DNA of 64,000 nucleotides, taken from the NCBI GenBank assembly GCA_963848295.1, contig CAWKDB010000010.1, positions 1,344,001 to 1,408,000 on the forward strand, in the 5' to 3' direction. The translations under genes were made by a program, and so were the position numbers. Shown piece by piece: positions 1 through 10,805 of the stretch. Under the pieces are notes generated by a model. That model saw nothing but the letters and a program-made list of their open reading frames with translations, made no database searches and was not told where the DNA came from. Numbering within the stretch: the stretch's first letter is position 1; each line of letters starts with the position of its first letter. This DNA comes from an uncultured delta proteobacterium. GTDB taxonomy: Bacteria > Myxococcota_A > Polyangia > Haliangiales > Haliangiaceae.

Positions 1-956
1 GCGCGCTGGTTGTGAAGCGTATCCGCGAATGCGCGGGTGAACTCGACGCTGATCATCGCGGGCGTGTAGACGCCGCCGAGCGACGACACGGCGCGCGCGA
101 GGGCTTCGCCGAAAGCGCGGGCGTTGGCAAACCGTTCGCTCGGATCGCGGGCGAGCGCCATCGCGAGCGTCGCACCGAGCTCGGGCGGGACGTCCGGGCG
201 AACCTCGCAGATGTCCGGGATCGGGTCGCTCGTGATCGCTTGGAACGTCAAGAAGTCGGTCTCGCGCTTGAAGAGGTGGCGCTGCGCGAGCGTTTCCCAC
301 AGCACGATCCCGAGCGCGAACACGTCGGTGCGACGGTCGAGCTTTTCCCCACGCAGCTGCTCGGGCGCCATGTACGCGTACGTGCCTTTGACCGCGCCGG
401 TGCTGGTCTTCGCGGACGCGTCTTGCACCTTCGCGATGCCGAAATCGAGCAGCTTGACGATGCCGTCGACGGTGACGAATAGATTCTGCGCGGAGATGTC
501 GCGGTGCACGACCTCGAGCGACGTGCCATCGGCACGCTTGAGTTGATGCGCGTGGTGCAGGCCTTCGCACGCTTGCACGCCGAACCCGGCGACGAGCTGC
601 GGATCGGGCGGCGACGGATACGTGTCGTTGCGGCGGAACCGCGAGAGCGGCAAGCCCTCGAGGTACTCCATCGCGATGTAGTACTGCCCCTGCCACTCGC
701 CGAGCTCGAACACCTGACAGACGTTCGGATGCGAGATCCTCGCGACGATGCGCGCCTCATCGAGGAACATCGCGACGAACTGAGCATCCTTCGCTAGGTG
801 CGCGAGGATGCGCTTGATACAGATCAGCTTCTCGAACCCGCCATCGCCCTCGAGTCGCGCCAGGAAGATCTCGGCCATACCACCGGTCGCGAGCTTCGCG
901 ACGAGCGAGTACTTCCCGAAACTGCGTGCCTCCGCCGAGGGCGCCGCGAATTCCAC
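1..956 (-). CDS. Hanks-type Ser/Thr protein kinase (N-terminal part; runs off the left edge)
   Basis: Manual translation from GTG 956 gives FGKYSLVAKLATGGMAEIFLA, ICIKRIL, HRDISAQNLF, KLLDFGIAK and YAYMAPEQ. Absent from the ORF track because its stop lies outside the window. Confidence 0.93.
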   Translation of the reverse strand, partial: MEFAAPSAEARSFGKYSLVAKLATGGMAEIFLARLEGDGGFEKLICIKRILAHLAKDAQFVAMFLDEARIVARISHPNVCQVFELGEWQGQYYIAMEYLEGLPLSRFRRNDTYPSPPDPQLVAGFGVQACEGLHHAHQLKRADGTSLEVVHRDISAQNLFVTVDGIVKLLDFGIAKVQDASAKTSTGAVKGTYAYMAPEQLRGEKLDRRTDVFALGIVLWETLAQRHLFKRETDFLTFQAITSDPIPDICEVRPDVPPELGATLAMALARDPSERFANARAFGEALARAVSSLGGVYTPAMISVEFTRAFADTLHNQR

Positions 957-981
957 ATCACCAGTATAGCCCCAGCGGGCG

Positions 982-3630
982 CTACAGGCCGATCCAGTAG
1001 TTCGCTTTGATCATCACCAGGTTTTCGCCATCGGCTTGGCTAAGTCCGTAGAGATCGTGTCCGAGCTCGAACCGGCCATCCCCGACGTCACTGGTGCGCC
1101 CGTGAGTCCAGATCAGATAGACGTGGGAACCCGGGCGGTACTCCCATGTAAGCACGACCGTCGAGCGCAGCTGGCGGAGGTCGAAATCAGGCCGCGCGAA
1201 GCTGAAGGTCGGCGCCCCGGGACGCGAGACGAACACGGTGTCCGAGGTTTCGGAATACTCGTTACCGACGAGCTCGTGGAAACGATCGGCGTATCGGTCG
1301 GCATGTGGGTCATCGACGTCCTTGAGCTCGTTGTAGCGACCCGACGCGATGAACGGCTGCGCGTAAGCCTGGAGCGCGAGATGTGGTGAGAACGTCCAGT
1401 TCGCGCGCACGGTCATCGACGCGGTCGTCTGCTTGATCGAGCCGAACATGTAATGGTGCCCGCCGCTGTCGTCGTCGACCTCGGTGATGTACTGCAGCGG
1501 ATCGTCGCGCTCGGCGATGCTCGGACCGATATAGAGATCGACGTTCGAGCGAGCTTGGATCGTCGCGCCGAGGTCGACCTCTCCCGACACGAGGCCGCTC
1601 GTCGGGTTGCGCACGCCTTTGAGCCCGAACGAGAACCACACGCGCTTGCGCGCGTCGGTGTTGACCCCGACCGCGAGGTTGAGGTTTGGATCCATGCGCA
1701 GCGCATCGCCGCCGCGCAACGCCATCGTGTCCCAGCGCTGGTCATCGTACGTGCCGCTGAGCGACAGGTTCCAGTAGTTCGCGAGCATGACGTTGATGCT
1801 CGCGTCGCTGCCGAAATCGGTCACGAGCGACCCGAACGTCGACACCATGAAGACGTCGCCGTTGACGATCCAATTCAGGATGTGCTCGCTCGGCGCGTCC
1901 TCGCGATACTCGCCGTAGACGTACGGGATCACGCGATCGGACCCGTTCTGAAACCCGATGTCGTTCAGCTCGAGCCCGGGTGTCCGCAGGTCGCCGCCGG
2001 TGCCGAACCGCCAGTGCCTCGTGTCGCCGAGTCGGCCGATCTGCCAGGTCGCATCGAGCCCGGACAGCGACGTGCGCGTCGGATCGAAGTGCTCGTCGCT
2101 GGCGTCCGGACGTTGGAACAAGTGCTGATTCGCGAGCTGCAACGTCTGGATCGCCGCTTCGTCGCCGTGCACCCAGCTGCCGACCGCGTGAAAATCCGCA
2201 GTCCACGCGTTGTCGCCCCAACGATGCAGCGCTTGTACGCCGCCGGTGTAGGCCTGATCGGCGACGCTGTTCTTCTCCGTCGTGCCATCGACCGCGCGAT
2301 CGACCGCGGTGCCGGACAGTCCGACCGTGGTCTCGCCGTTGTTGAAGTCGCGCTTGACGCGGCCGACCGCGTAGTTCGACAACGGCGCGACCACCGGATC
2401 GTGCCGGACCCCATCGTCATCGATGAAGCTCGCGCGATCCGCGCCGGTCACCGCATCGAGTAACCCGACCGACCAGCCGCTCCGCGTCTTGCCGGTCAGC
2501 TTCGCCGCGCCGTAGATCGTCGTCGCGACCGGCCAGTTGACGTAGTCGTAGTCGGTCGGCTCGTTCGGTGGTGCGGCGCCGATGCGGCGACTGTAGAACT
2601 GCCCTTCGAACACCGGCATCCCGATCCCGGACGGCAGCTTGAACAGGTCGATCCCCTCGAGAAAGAACGGTCGCTTCTCGACGAAGTACAGCTGATTCGG
2701 CGTCAGGTTGATGAGCGATGGATCGGCTTCGACTTGCCCGAAATCCGGGTTGATCGTCCCGGACAGCGTGAACGCATGGCCGAGTCCGTACTTGAAGTCC
2801 AAGCCGGCGCCGAAGCGCCCCGAGACGTGCTGATTCAGCGGATCGGTCGGCGCGAGATCGACCCCCGCGGTCGCGTACGGCAGCAGCTCGAGGCGTTGGC
2901 TGTGGACGAGCTTGCCGATGCCTTCGAGCACGCCGAACTTGCTGACGATCTGCGGCGTCGATCGCGGCCACGGCGACCACGCACTCTGCTCGTTGAGCCG
3001 GCCGATGTTACGCACGACTTGAAAGCCCCACTCGTGGTTGTCGCCGTCGGCGAACCGCAGCTGGTTGAGCGGGATGCGAAACTCCGCGGTCCAGCCGTCC
3101 TTCGTGATCGCCGCATCGCCGGTCCACACCGCGTCCCACGTGTCGTCGAGGTTCGTATCGTCGAACACGATCAGGTCGCGTTGCACGCCGGCGGCGTCGA
3201 GCTGAAACGAATACGCGGTCCGGCGGTCGTGATACGAGTCGATGCCGATCACGACGGTATCCGCCGGTGCGTCGACATCGCGACGCGTCAACAGCGCGCG
3301 AATCAGCCCGGGGTGATCGTCGTGCGCCCAGATCCCGACGTAGATCGCCTTGTCGTCGTACAGCACCGCGAAGCTGGTCTGGAACGTCGGGGCACTGTTG
3401 TCCTTCGGAAACCGCTCGACGAAGCCGGTCTGGCGCGGCGCGGTCTGCCACTGCGGCTCGTCGAGCCGGCCGTCGATCGCGATGTCCCCGCTGCGGCGCT
3501 CGGCGTGTGCGCGCACGCCGGCCGGCACCGCGTCATCGGCGTTCGCCGCGTTTGCCAACGCGAGAACGGCGAAGATCGCAGCGAACCAGCGCACGATGAG
3601 TCCGCGGGTCAACACCGCGGTGGACAACAT
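982..3630 (-). CDS. Secreted/outer-membrane protein with an N-terminal CBM9-like sugar-binding domain and a DUF5916-like domain
   Basis: Signal peptide, IDGRLDEPQW, WDAVW, GWTAEFRIP, INPDFGQVEAD, EKRPFFLEG, FYSRRIG and an aromatic C-terminal strand. Start uncertain (ATG 3630 or GTG 3594). Confidence 0.8.
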   Translation of the reverse strand: MLSTAVLTRGLIVRWFAAIFAVLALANAANADDAVPAGVRAHAERRSGDIAIDGRLDEPQWQTAPRQTGFVERFPKDNSAPTFQTSFAVLYDDKAIYVGIWAHDDHPGLIRALLTRRDVDAPADTVVIGIDSYHDRRTAYSFQLDAAGVQRDLIVFDDTNLDDTWDAVWTGDAAITKDGWTAEFRIPLNQLRFADGDNHEWGFQVVRNIGRLNEQSAWSPWPRSTPQIVSKFGVLEGIGKLVHSQRLELLPYATAGVDLAPTDPLNQHVSGRFGAGLDFKYGLGHAFTLSGTINPDFGQVEADPSLINLTPNQLYFVEKRPFFLEGIDLFKLPSGIGMPVFEGQFYSRRIGAAPPNEPTDYDYVNWPVATTIYGAAKLTGKTRSGWSVGLLDAVTGADRASFIDDDGVRHDPVVAPLSNYAVGRVKRDFNNGETTVGLSGTAVDRAVDGTTEKNSVADQAYTGGVQALHRWGDNAWTADFHAVGSWVHGDEAAIQTLQLANQHLFQRPDASDEHFDPTRTSLSGLDATWQIGRLGDTRHWRFGTGGDLRTPGLELNDIGFQNGSDRVIPYVYGEYREDAPSEHILNWIVNGDVFMVSTFGSLVTDFGSDASINVMLANYWNLSLSGTYDDQRWDTMALRGGDALRMDPNLNLAVGVNTDARKRVWFSFGLKGVRNPTSGLVSGEVDLGATIQARSNVDLYIGPSIAERDDPLQYITEVDDDSGGHHYMFGSIKQTTASMTVRANWTFSPHLALQAYAQPFIASGRYNELKDVDDPHADRYADRFHELVGNEYSETSDTVFVSRPGAPTFSFARPDFDLRQLRSTVVLTWEYRPGSHVYLIWTHGRTSDVGDGRFELGHDLYGLSQADGENLVMIKANYWIGL

Positions 3631-3703
3631 CAGACGACCATCGTTGCACCATCGGCGCGTCCTCGGAAGATGCGACAGCGCTGCGACAGGGGCGCGACGC
3701 GAG

Positions 3704-4789
3704 TCAGCGGCGAACCGGTCTAGTCCGATCACTGATCTCGTCGGAGACGCGCGCGTGCTCGAGCAGGAGTTGCGTCACCGACGAGTTCACTTCGTCGCGG
3801 CCGCCGATCGCACACGGCGAAAATTCGAAGTGGCCGTCGTGCCAGTCGAGCAAGCTCATCAGCCGCTCGCGCGGTGCGCCCGCGGCCGTGCTCGCTTCGA
3901 CCTTGAGGATGCGCCCGTCCGCGACGAACAGCCGCGCGATCTCACCATTGCGCAGCAACAATAGGATGCCCGACTTGCGTTCGAACTCGAACAACGACAA
4001 CAACGTGCCGAGCCCGATGTCGAACAAGCTCCCGCGCAAGCCCATGTTCGAGATCGGCGTGATCGGCGCGGCCGCGCGATGGACGCGAATCACGAGCTCC
4101 TCGTCGGTAAACGGCTTCGGAATGTAGTCGCGCACGCCAGCGCGAAACGCTTCGAGGCGATGCAGGTCGCCTTCGTCGCCGGTCAGGAGCATCGGGACAT
4201 CGGCGAGCGTCGCGTGCTCCGACATCGCATACGCGAGATCGATTCCGCTCATCATATCCATCGTCGCTGCACACACGATCGCGTCGGGCCGCCACACCTG
4301 GCAGGCCTCGAGCGCTTCGGTGGCAGCCGCCGCGGCTGTGACCTTGAAGCCCGCAGACTCGAGCGCGCGCCCCATGCGTTCGCGCAGCGGCGGGCTCGGC
4401 TCGACGACGATCACCTGTGTGGTCGTCGATAGACCCGGGTTCGTCTGCTCCTTCTTGATCCCGTCGACGTGCGAGCGCAGCTGCAACCGCGACGTGGTAT
4501 CGCCACCGATGATCTCGAAGCCCATGCCGGGATGACGGCCGAGCGCGCGCGCGGCCGCCGGCGTCAGCATGTGTGCGACCCGAGCAAACAATACGAGCTC
4601 GGTGCCGTCGGGCAGCGTCACGCGGAGCTGTGTCTCTTCACCGACGCCGAGCAGCGCCTCGGTGCGGACGAACATCCCCCGCGCCGAAACATCCTCGGTC
4701 TCAGCCTCGACGACGCCGGCCGGCCGGTCGAACTCGACTCGACACCGACTGACCAGTCGTTGGTCGCGTCCCCGGCGCGCGCTTGCCAC
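3704..4789 (-). CDS. PilZ + receiver-like + DUF4388 signalling protein
   Basis: RGRDQR...EDVSARGMFV (PilZ), a REC-like region ending YIPKPF, then GLRGSL...ERKSGIL...WHDGHFEF (DUF4388-like). Confidence 0.82.
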   Translation of the reverse strand: MASARRGRDQRLVSRCRVEFDRPAGVVEAETEDVSARGMFVRTEALLGVGEETQLRVTLPDGTELVLFARVAHMLTPAAARALGRHPGMGFEIIGGDTTSRLQLRSHVDGIKKEQTNPGLSTTTQVIVVEPSPPLRERMGRALESAGFKVTAAAAATEALEACQVWRPDAIVCAATMDMMSGIDLAYAMSEHATLADVPMLLTGDEGDLHRLEAFRAGVRDYIPKPFTDEELVIRVHRAAAPITPISNMGLRGSLFDIGLGTLLSLFEFERKSGILLLLRNGEIARLFVADGRILKVEASTAAGAPRERLMSLLDWHDGHFEFSPCAIGGRDEVNSSVTQLLLEHARVSDEISDRTRPVRR

Positions 4790-4850
4790 TACCCGAAAGT
4801 TTACTGGGGGGCGCGCGGGTTGTCCTGTTTGCCGCTCTGGGGCCCGGTCA

Positions 4851-4950
4851 ATTACGTAAGTTCCGGTGATTACGTCGGTTATTCGATGAGCTTTCGTTTG
4901 TTATGTAGTTTCAAGAATATTTGAACAATCTTGGAGCATCCTAGGGCCAG
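4851..4950 (+). promoter_or_regulatory. AT-rich divergent promoter region upstream of the menaquinone operon
   Basis: Marked drop in GC content, inverted repeat TTCAA-N6-TTGAA at 4910-4925, and ATTACGT twice (4851, 4869). Confidence 0.5.
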
Positions 4951-4953
4951 CCG

Positions 4954-5982
4954 ATGACCGCCCAACCCGTGCTCGAACAACTCGCCCGGACCAGCGCGCA
5001 TCGCGGTGCGCGCGACGTCGGCGACCGCCTCGCCAGCATTCAACAATGGATGCGCGCCGATCTCGTCGAGGTCGACGCCGCACTCGATGCGCTGCCGCGG
5101 CGCGACAACCTCGTGCATCGCGCGGGCACCCACCTCCTCGCGCTGCGCGGCAAGCACGTCCGTCCGTTGTGCGTCGCGCTGGCAAGTCGGCTCGGCCACG
5201 GGTTCACACCCCGCGCGCGATCGCTCGCGGTCGCGGTCGAGCTCGTGCATTCGGCGACGCTGCTGCACGACGATGTCGTCGACGTCGCCGACCGGCGGCG
5301 CGGCGAGCCGACCGCGCGCGTCGTTTACGGCAACGCCGCGTCGATCTTCGCCGGTGACTGGCTGCTGGTCGCGGCGCTGCGCCGGATCGCGGCGGCCGAG
5401 CTCGACGGACTGCTCGACCTGATGCTGACCACGATCGACGAGATGATCCTCGCGGAGGCGGTGCAGCTCGAGCGCCGCGGCAAGCTGGCATGCGCGCGCG
5501 AGGACTACTTCAAGATCGTCGAAGGCAAGACCGCCGCGCTGTTCCGCTGGGCGTCGATCGCGGGTGCGCGCGCCGCCGGCCTCGATCGCCGCGTCGAGGC
5601 GGCGCTCGAACGCTTCGGTCTGCACCTCGGCATCGCGTTTCAAGCGATCGATGACGAGCTCGACTACCTCGTCGGCACGGGCAAGGATCCGCTCGCCGAT
5701 CTTCGCGAGGGCAAGATGGCGTACCCGCTCGTCGTCGCGCTCGAGCGCGAGCCCGCGCTCGCCGAGGCCATCGAGCCTCTGCTGGCGGCGGATGACCCGC
5801 CGGCCTCGGGGCTCGCCGCGATCGCGGCCGCCGTGCGTGCGACCGGCGCACTCGCTGCGACCCGCGCCCTCGCCGAACACCACGTCAAGGCCGCGCTCGC
5901 CGAGCTCGACGCGTTGCCCGCGTGCACCGCTCGCGAAGCGCTCGAGACCGTCGCGCTTGCCTCGTTGGAGCGCCAGTCGTGA
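4954..5982 (+). CDS. Long-chain trans-polyprenyl diphosphate synthase (IspB/HepT-like)
   Basis: GKHVRP, ELVHSATLLHDDVVD..RRG, GKTAALF, AFQAIDDELD, DLREGK; first gene of the men cluster. Confidence 0.93.
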   Translation: MTAQPVLEQLARTSAHRGARDVGDRLASIQQWMRADLVEVDAALDALPRRDNLVHRAGTHLLALRGKHVRPLCVALASRLGHGFTPRARSLAVAVELVHSATLLHDDVVDVADRRRGEPTARVVYGNAASIFAGDWLLVAALRRIAAAELDGLLDLMLTTIDEMILAEAVQLERRGKLACAREDYFKIVEGKTAALFRWASIAGARAAGLDRRVEAALERFGLHLGIAFQAIDDELDYLVGTGKDPLADLREGKMAYPLVVALEREPALAEAIEPLLAADDPPASGLAAIAAAVRATGALAATRALAEHHVKAALAELDALPACTAREALETVALASLERQS

Positions 5983-6698
5983 CCGAGCACCAACAGCTCG
6001 CGACGCTGGGCAGTGGCGCGATGTTCGATCGCATCGCCGGGCGCTACGACATGGTCAACCGCGTGTTGTCGCTCGGCCTCGATCGCGGCTGGCGGCGGCG
6101 GGCGGTCCGCGCGCTCGAGCTCGGCGAGCACCCGCGAGTCGTGGACATCGCCGCCGGCACCGGCGACGTCGCGATCGAGATCGCTCGCACGCATCCGCAC
6201 GCGCGAGTCATCGCGATCGACCCGTCCGCGAAGATGCTCGCGGTCGCGGCGCACAAGCTCGCGCGGCGTGCGCTGACCGAGCGGATCGAGCTGATCGAAG
6301 GCGACGCCCAAGCGTTGCCGCTGCGCAACTGCGAGGTCGATGCGGCGACGATCGCGTTCGGCATTCGCAACGTGCCCGACCGCGCGTTGGCGCTGCGCGA
6401 GATGGCGCGGGTCGTCCGGCCCGGCGGTCGGATCGCGATCCTCGAGCTCGCCGAGGCGAAGCGCGGGCTGTTCGGCCGCGTCGCGCGATTTCACACCCGC
6501 TATGTCGTGCCGCGGCTCGGCGCACTGCTCAGCGGCGCGCGCGAGTATCGCTATCTGCAGACCTCGGTCGCTGCCTTTCCGCCGCCCGACGAGTTCGCAG
6601 CGCTGATGCGCACCTCCGGGCTCACGGTCGTCGAGATCGTCGGGTTGGGGTTCGGCGCGTGCACGCTATATGTCGCGACCCCTGCGGAGGACGCGTGA
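5979..6698 (+). CDS. menG: Demethylmenaquinone methyltransferase (MenG/UbiE)
   Basis: MFDRIAGRYDMVNRVLSLGLDRGWR, DIAAGTGD, FGIRNV, EMARVVRPGG. GTGA overlap with the upstream stop. Confidence 0.93.
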   Translation: MTEHQQLATLGSGAMFDRIAGRYDMVNRVLSLGLDRGWRRRAVRALELGEHPRVVDIAAGTGDVAIEIARTHPHARVIAIDPSAKMLAVAAHKLARRALTERIELIEGDAQALPLRNCEVDAATIAFGIRNVPDRALALREMARVVRPGGRIAILELAEAKRGLFGRVARFHTRYVVPRLGALLSGAREYRYLQTSVAAFPPPDEFAALMRTSGLTVVEIVGLGFGACTLYVATPAEDA

Positions 6699-8110
6699 CG
6701 CTCGAGCACGCCACCGCCGCGCGCCGTGCCGATGCTCCCGCGCCGGCGAGCAACGCCGCGGTCCTCGACGCCGGCCTCGCGACCGCGCGCGCGACGCCGG
6801 GCCTGACTTGCATCGCGTTGACGGTCCCGGTGTGCTCGCCGGCTGCGGTCGTCGCCGCTGGCGATGCTCGCCTCGCGTGGTCGGCACGCGGGCTCGCGAT
6901 CGTAGGCATCGGCATCGTGCGCGAGCTCCGCGGTCGCGGCGATGGTCGCTGGCACGACGTGATCACCGGCGCGCGGTCGATCGCGGAGCGCGGTTTGCGC
7001 GTCGTCGGCGATGACGATCCGGCTGCTCGCGCGCTGTGCCGCCCTCGCCTCCTCGGCGGTCTCGCGTTCGCGTCGGGCGCGGCGGACCGCGCACCGTGGG
7101 CCGAGTTCGGCGACGCGTGGTTCGCGCTGCCGCGCTGGACCTATGCGAGCGACGGAACAACCGCGCGGTTGCTGCTCGTATGCGACGGGCTCGAAGCGAC
7201 CGAGCCGGCGCGATGGTCGGGCGAGCTCGCGATCCTCGAGCGCGCGTTCGCGACTCGGTTCGCGCCGCGCGCGCTGCCGGCGATTCGAGCGATCGATCAC
7301 GGCGACCGCGCCGCGTTCTGCGCCGAGGTCGCGGCGATCACGCGTGCGATCGCGAGCGGAGAGTGCGCGAAGATCGTCGCGGCGCGCTCGGCGGTCGTCG
7401 AGCTGGCGAGCGCGGCGCGACCGGCCGATCTGCTCGCGGCGCTCGACGCTCGCGCGGCTGGCGGCGGCGTCCGGCTGCTCGTGCGTCCGTCGGCGGCCGA
7501 CGATGCGCTGATCGCGGCGACGCCCGAGCGGCTCGTCGCCCGTCACGGCGATGCGGTGCAATGCGACGCGCTCGCCGGCACGATCGCGCGGAGTGCGTTC
7601 GCGCCGGAGGCCACGTTGCTCGCGAGCGATAAGGATCGGCGCGAGCATGCACTCGTCGTCGACGCGATCACGCGCGCACTCACCGGCGCGGGCGCCGAGG
7701 TCGATGCGCCGGGCGAGCCACGCCTGCGCGAGCTGCGCGACGTGTTGCACCTGTACACGCCGATCTCGGCGCGCCTGCGCGCACCGCGCCACGTGCTCGA
7801 GCTCGCCGAGGCCCTGCACCCGACGCCCGCGGTCGGAGGCACACCGACGCACACCGCGGTCGAGTGGATCGCGGCGCACGAGCCGGCGCGCGGATGGTAC
7901 GCGTCGCCAGTCGGCTGGTTCGATCTCGACGGCGACGGCGAGCTCGCAGTCGCGATCCGTTGTGGCGTGTTCGCCGGGGCGCGCGCCCGACTATGGGCCG
8001 GAGGCGGCATCGTCGCGGGCTCGGATCCGGAGCGCGAGCTCGCGGAGACCGAGGTCAAGTTGCGCGCGCTGATCGGTGCGTTCGCGCCGATCGGGGAGGG
8101 CTCGGCATGA
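6695..8110 (+). CDS. menF: Isochorismate synthase
   Basis: KIVAAR, ATPERL, ALAGT, KDRREH, LHPTPAVGG, RGWYASPVGW, AGGGIVAGS, ETEVK. GTGA overlap with menG. Confidence 0.92.
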   Translation: MTLEHATAARRADAPAPASNAAVLDAGLATARATPGLTCIALTVPVCSPAAVVAAGDARLAWSARGLAIVGIGIVRELRGRGDGRWHDVITGARSIAERGLRVVGDDDPAARALCRPRLLGGLAFASGAADRAPWAEFGDAWFALPRWTYASDGTTARLLLVCDGLEATEPARWSGELAILERAFATRFAPRALPAIRAIDHGDRAAFCAEVAAITRAIASGECAKIVAARSAVVELASAARPADLLAALDARAAGGGVRLLVRPSAADDALIAATPERLVARHGDAVQCDALAGTIARSAFAPEATLLASDKDRREHALVVDAITRALTGAGAEVDAPGEPRLRELRDVLHLYTPISARLRAPRHVLELAEALHPTPAVGGTPTHTAVEWIAAHEPARGWYASPVGWFDLDGDGELAVAIRCGVFAGARARLWAGGGIVAGSDPERELAETEVKLRALIGAFAPIGEGSA

Positions 8111-9903
8111 CCGCCGCGGTCCAGACGCTATGGGCCGAGCTGATCGCGTCGAGTCTCGCCGATGCGGGCATCGCGACGTGCGTCATCAGTCCCGGCTCGC
8201 GCTCGACCCCGCTCGTCGCCGCGCTCGCGAGCGAGTCCCGGCTCGAGCTCGTGCCGATCATCGACGAGCGCTCGGCCGCGTTCTTCGCGCTCGGCGTCGC
8301 TCGCGCGACCGGCGCACCCGCCGCGATCGTATGCACGAGCGGCAGCGCGGCCGCCCACTACTTGCCGGCGATCGTCGAAGCGAGCACTGCCGCGATTCCG
8401 CTCGTCGTCGTCACGGCGGATCGGCCACCCGAGCTCCACCATTGCGGCGCGACCCAGACGATCGATCAGATCAAGTTGTACGGCTCGTTCGTGCGCGGTG
8501 CCTTCGACCTCGGCGCGCCGGTCGGCAGCGAAGCGGCGTTGCGCGCACTGCGGCGCACGGTGGTCCGCGCGATCGTGCTCGCGCGCGGTCCGCACGCCGG
8601 GCCGATCCACCTCGAAGTGCCGATGCGCAAGCCGCTCGAACCCGCCGCGCCATCGACCGACGGCGAGCGCGCGCTCGCCCGGTTCAGCGCCGAGCTGCGC
8701 TCCCATCGCGTGATCGCCGCCCCGCCGGCGCTCGTCGCCGACGAGTCGGCGATCGCCGAGCTCGCCGCCGCGATCGCGAACGAGCCGCGCGGCGTGATCG
8801 TCGCCGGGGCGATGCCACTCGGCTTCGCGCGCGCCCGTGCGGGCGTCTTCGAGCTCGCCTCGCGAGCCGGCTATCCGATCCTCGCGGAGGCCGGCAGTCA
8901 GCTCAAGCTGGCCGCCCCGGGACGCGCGGTCGTGGTCGGGCACGCCGACCTCGCGATGGCCGCCGGCGCGCGCGCGCCTCGCCTCGTGATCGAGCTCGGC
9001 GCCGAACCGGTCGCTGCGGCGAAGCCGAGCTTTGCCGGCTCCGCCCGCTGGGTGTTGTCCGACCACGAGTGGCGCGACCCCGACGGTGGCGCTCGCGGCG
9101 TGATCGTCGGCGACGTCGGCGCGACGATCGCCGTGCTCGCGACCCGACTCGCCGGAGTGGGCATGCCGTTCGCCGGCGGCGACGTCGGATCGCGGCGCGC
9201 TTCGAACGACCGCGGCGAGCTCGCCGCGAGCTGGCGCGCGGTCGACGAGCGTTGTGCCGCCGCGGTCGATGCGGCGCTCGCGGCCCATCCGCGGAGCGAG
9301 ACCGCCGTGATGCGCGCCGCCGTCGAAGCCGTGCCGATCGGCGCGATCCTTCAGATCGGGAACAGCTTGCCGATCCGGGTCATCGACCACGCGGTCGGTC
9401 ACGGCCCGGCACACGGAGTCATCACGCAACGCGGAGCAGCCGGGATCGATGGCCTGATCTCGTCGGCAGCGGGTGCGACGCGTGCCGGTGCGCCGGTCTT
9501 GCTCGTACTCGGTGACGTCAGCTTCGCGCACGACCTCGGTGGCTTGGTCGCGGCGCGCGCGGCCTCGGCCCCGCTCGCGATCCTCGTGCTCGACAACGCG
9601 GGCGGCCAGATCTTCGCCGGCTTGCCGATCGCGGCCGCTGGACTCGACGCCGTCGTCGAGCGCTACTTCGTGACCGCTCCGCAGCTCGATCCCGCCGCGG
9701 TTGCCGCCGCGCTCGGCGCGCGCGCGATCACCGCCAGGTCTGCCGCGAGCGCCGGAGCCGCGGTCGCGACCGCACTCGTGTCACCAGGCGTCACCGTGAT
9801 TCACGCACCGGTCACCGCGACCGGGGCACACGATGTTCGTCGCTACGTTCTCGATCTGCTCGCCGCCCCCGTGCGCGCGAGCGCAGGAGTTGCCCATGTC
9901 TGA
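8107..9903 (+). CDS. menD: SEPHCHC synthase (ThDP-dependent)
   Basis: [69 protein letters not shown]. Confidence 0.95.
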   Translation: MTAAVQTLWAELIASSLADAGIATCVISPGSRSTPLVAALASESRLELVPIIDERSAAFFALGVARATGAPAAIVCTSGSAAAHYLPAIVEASTAAIPLVVVTADRPPELHHCGATQTIDQIKLYGSFVRGAFDLGAPVGSEAALRALRRTVVRAIVLARGPHAGPIHLEVPMRKPLEPAAPSTDGERALARFSAELRSHRVIAAPPALVADESAIAELAAAIANEPRGVIVAGAMPLGFARARAGVFELASRAGYPILAEAGSQLKLAAPGRAVVVGHADLAMAAGARAPRLVIELGAEPVAAAKPSFAGSARWVLSDHEWRDPDGGARGVIVGDVGATIAVLATRLAGVGMPFAGGDVGSRRASNDRGELAASWRAVDERCAAAVDAALAAHPRSETAVMRAAVEAVPIGAILQIGNSLPIRVIDHAVGHGPAHGVITQRGAAGIDGLISSAAGATRAGAPVLLVLGDVSFAHDLGGLVAARAASAPLAILVLDNAGGQIFAGLPIAAAGLDAVVERYFVTAPQLDPAAVAAALGARAITARSAASAGAAVATALVSPGVTVIHAPVTATGAHDVRRYVLDLLAAPVRASAGVAHV

Positions 9904-10717
9904 GCTCGAATGGAATCGCAAGCCCGGCTATGAAGACATCCGCTACGAGGTCGCGGACGGCATCGCGAAGATCACGATCGATCGTCCCGAGGTCCACAAC
10001 GCGTTTCGCCCGCGGACGGTCGCCGAGCTGATCCGCGCGTTCGATGAAGCGCGCGACGACGCGACGGTCGGCGCCGTGATCCTCACGGGTGCGGGCGACG
10101 ACGCGTTCTGCTCCGGCGGAGATCAGCGCGTGCGCGGCAAAGGCGGCTACGTCGGTGCCGACGGAGTGCCGCGGCTGAACGTGCTCGACCTGCACATGCG
10201 CATCCGTTACCTGCCGAAGCCGGTCGTCGCGATGGTCGCGGGTTACGCGCTCGGCGGCGGCCACGTGCTTCACCTCGTCTGCGATCTGACTATCGCGGCC
10301 GACAACGCGAAGTTCGGCCAGACCGGCCCGCGCGTCGGCAGCTTCGACGCCGGCTTCGGCAGCTCGTACCTCGCTCGCATCGTCGGTCAGAAGAAGGCGC
10401 GAGAGATCTGGTTCCTGTGCCGCCAATACGGTGCTGAAGAGGCGCAACGCATGGGCTTGGTCAACACCGTCGTTCCGCTCGCGGACCTCGAGGCGACCAC
10501 GATCCAATGGTGTCGCGAGATGCTCGCGCTGTCGCCGACGGCGCTGCGGTTCCTCAAGATGGCGATGAACGCGGACTGCGACGGCCAAGCCGGCATGATG
10601 GCGTTTGCCGGCTCGGCGACCCTGCTCTACTACACCACCGACGAGGGACGCGAAGGCAAGGAGGCCTTCCTCGAGAAGCGCTCGCCCGACTTCTCGAAGT
10701 TCCCGCGCTACCCCTGA
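9896..10717 (+). CDS. menB: 1,4-dihydroxy-2-naphthoyl-CoA synthase
   Basis: [57 protein letters not shown]. Confidence 0.97.
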   Translation: MSELEWNRKPGYEDIRYEVADGIAKITIDRPEVHNAFRPRTVAELIRAFDEARDDATVGAVILTGAGDDAFCSGGDQRVRGKGGYVGADGVPRLNVLDLHMRIRYLPKPVVAMVAGYALGGGHVLHLVCDLTIAADNAKFGQTGPRVGSFDAGFGSSYLARIVGQKKAREIWFLCRQYGAEEAQRMGLVNTVVPLADLEATTIQWCREMLALSPTALRFLKMAMNADCDGQAGMMAFAGSATLLYYTTDEGREGKEAFLEKRSPDFSKFPRYP

Positions 10718-10720
10718 TCG

Positions 10721-10805
10721 GGGGACGGTGTTCACTCTGTCAACCGCGTCATAACGATTTCAACATGTTGCATCGGATTTGGTTGTCAAAGTGAACACCG
10801 TCCCC
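10721..10805. repeat. REP/MITE-like inverted repeat (25-bp arms, 35-nt loop) between menB and menA
   Basis: Left arm 10721-10745 GGGGACGGTGTTCACTCTGTCAACC; right arm 10781-10805, reverse complement GGGGACGGTGTTCACTTTGACAACC (23/25 match). Confidence 0.9.
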
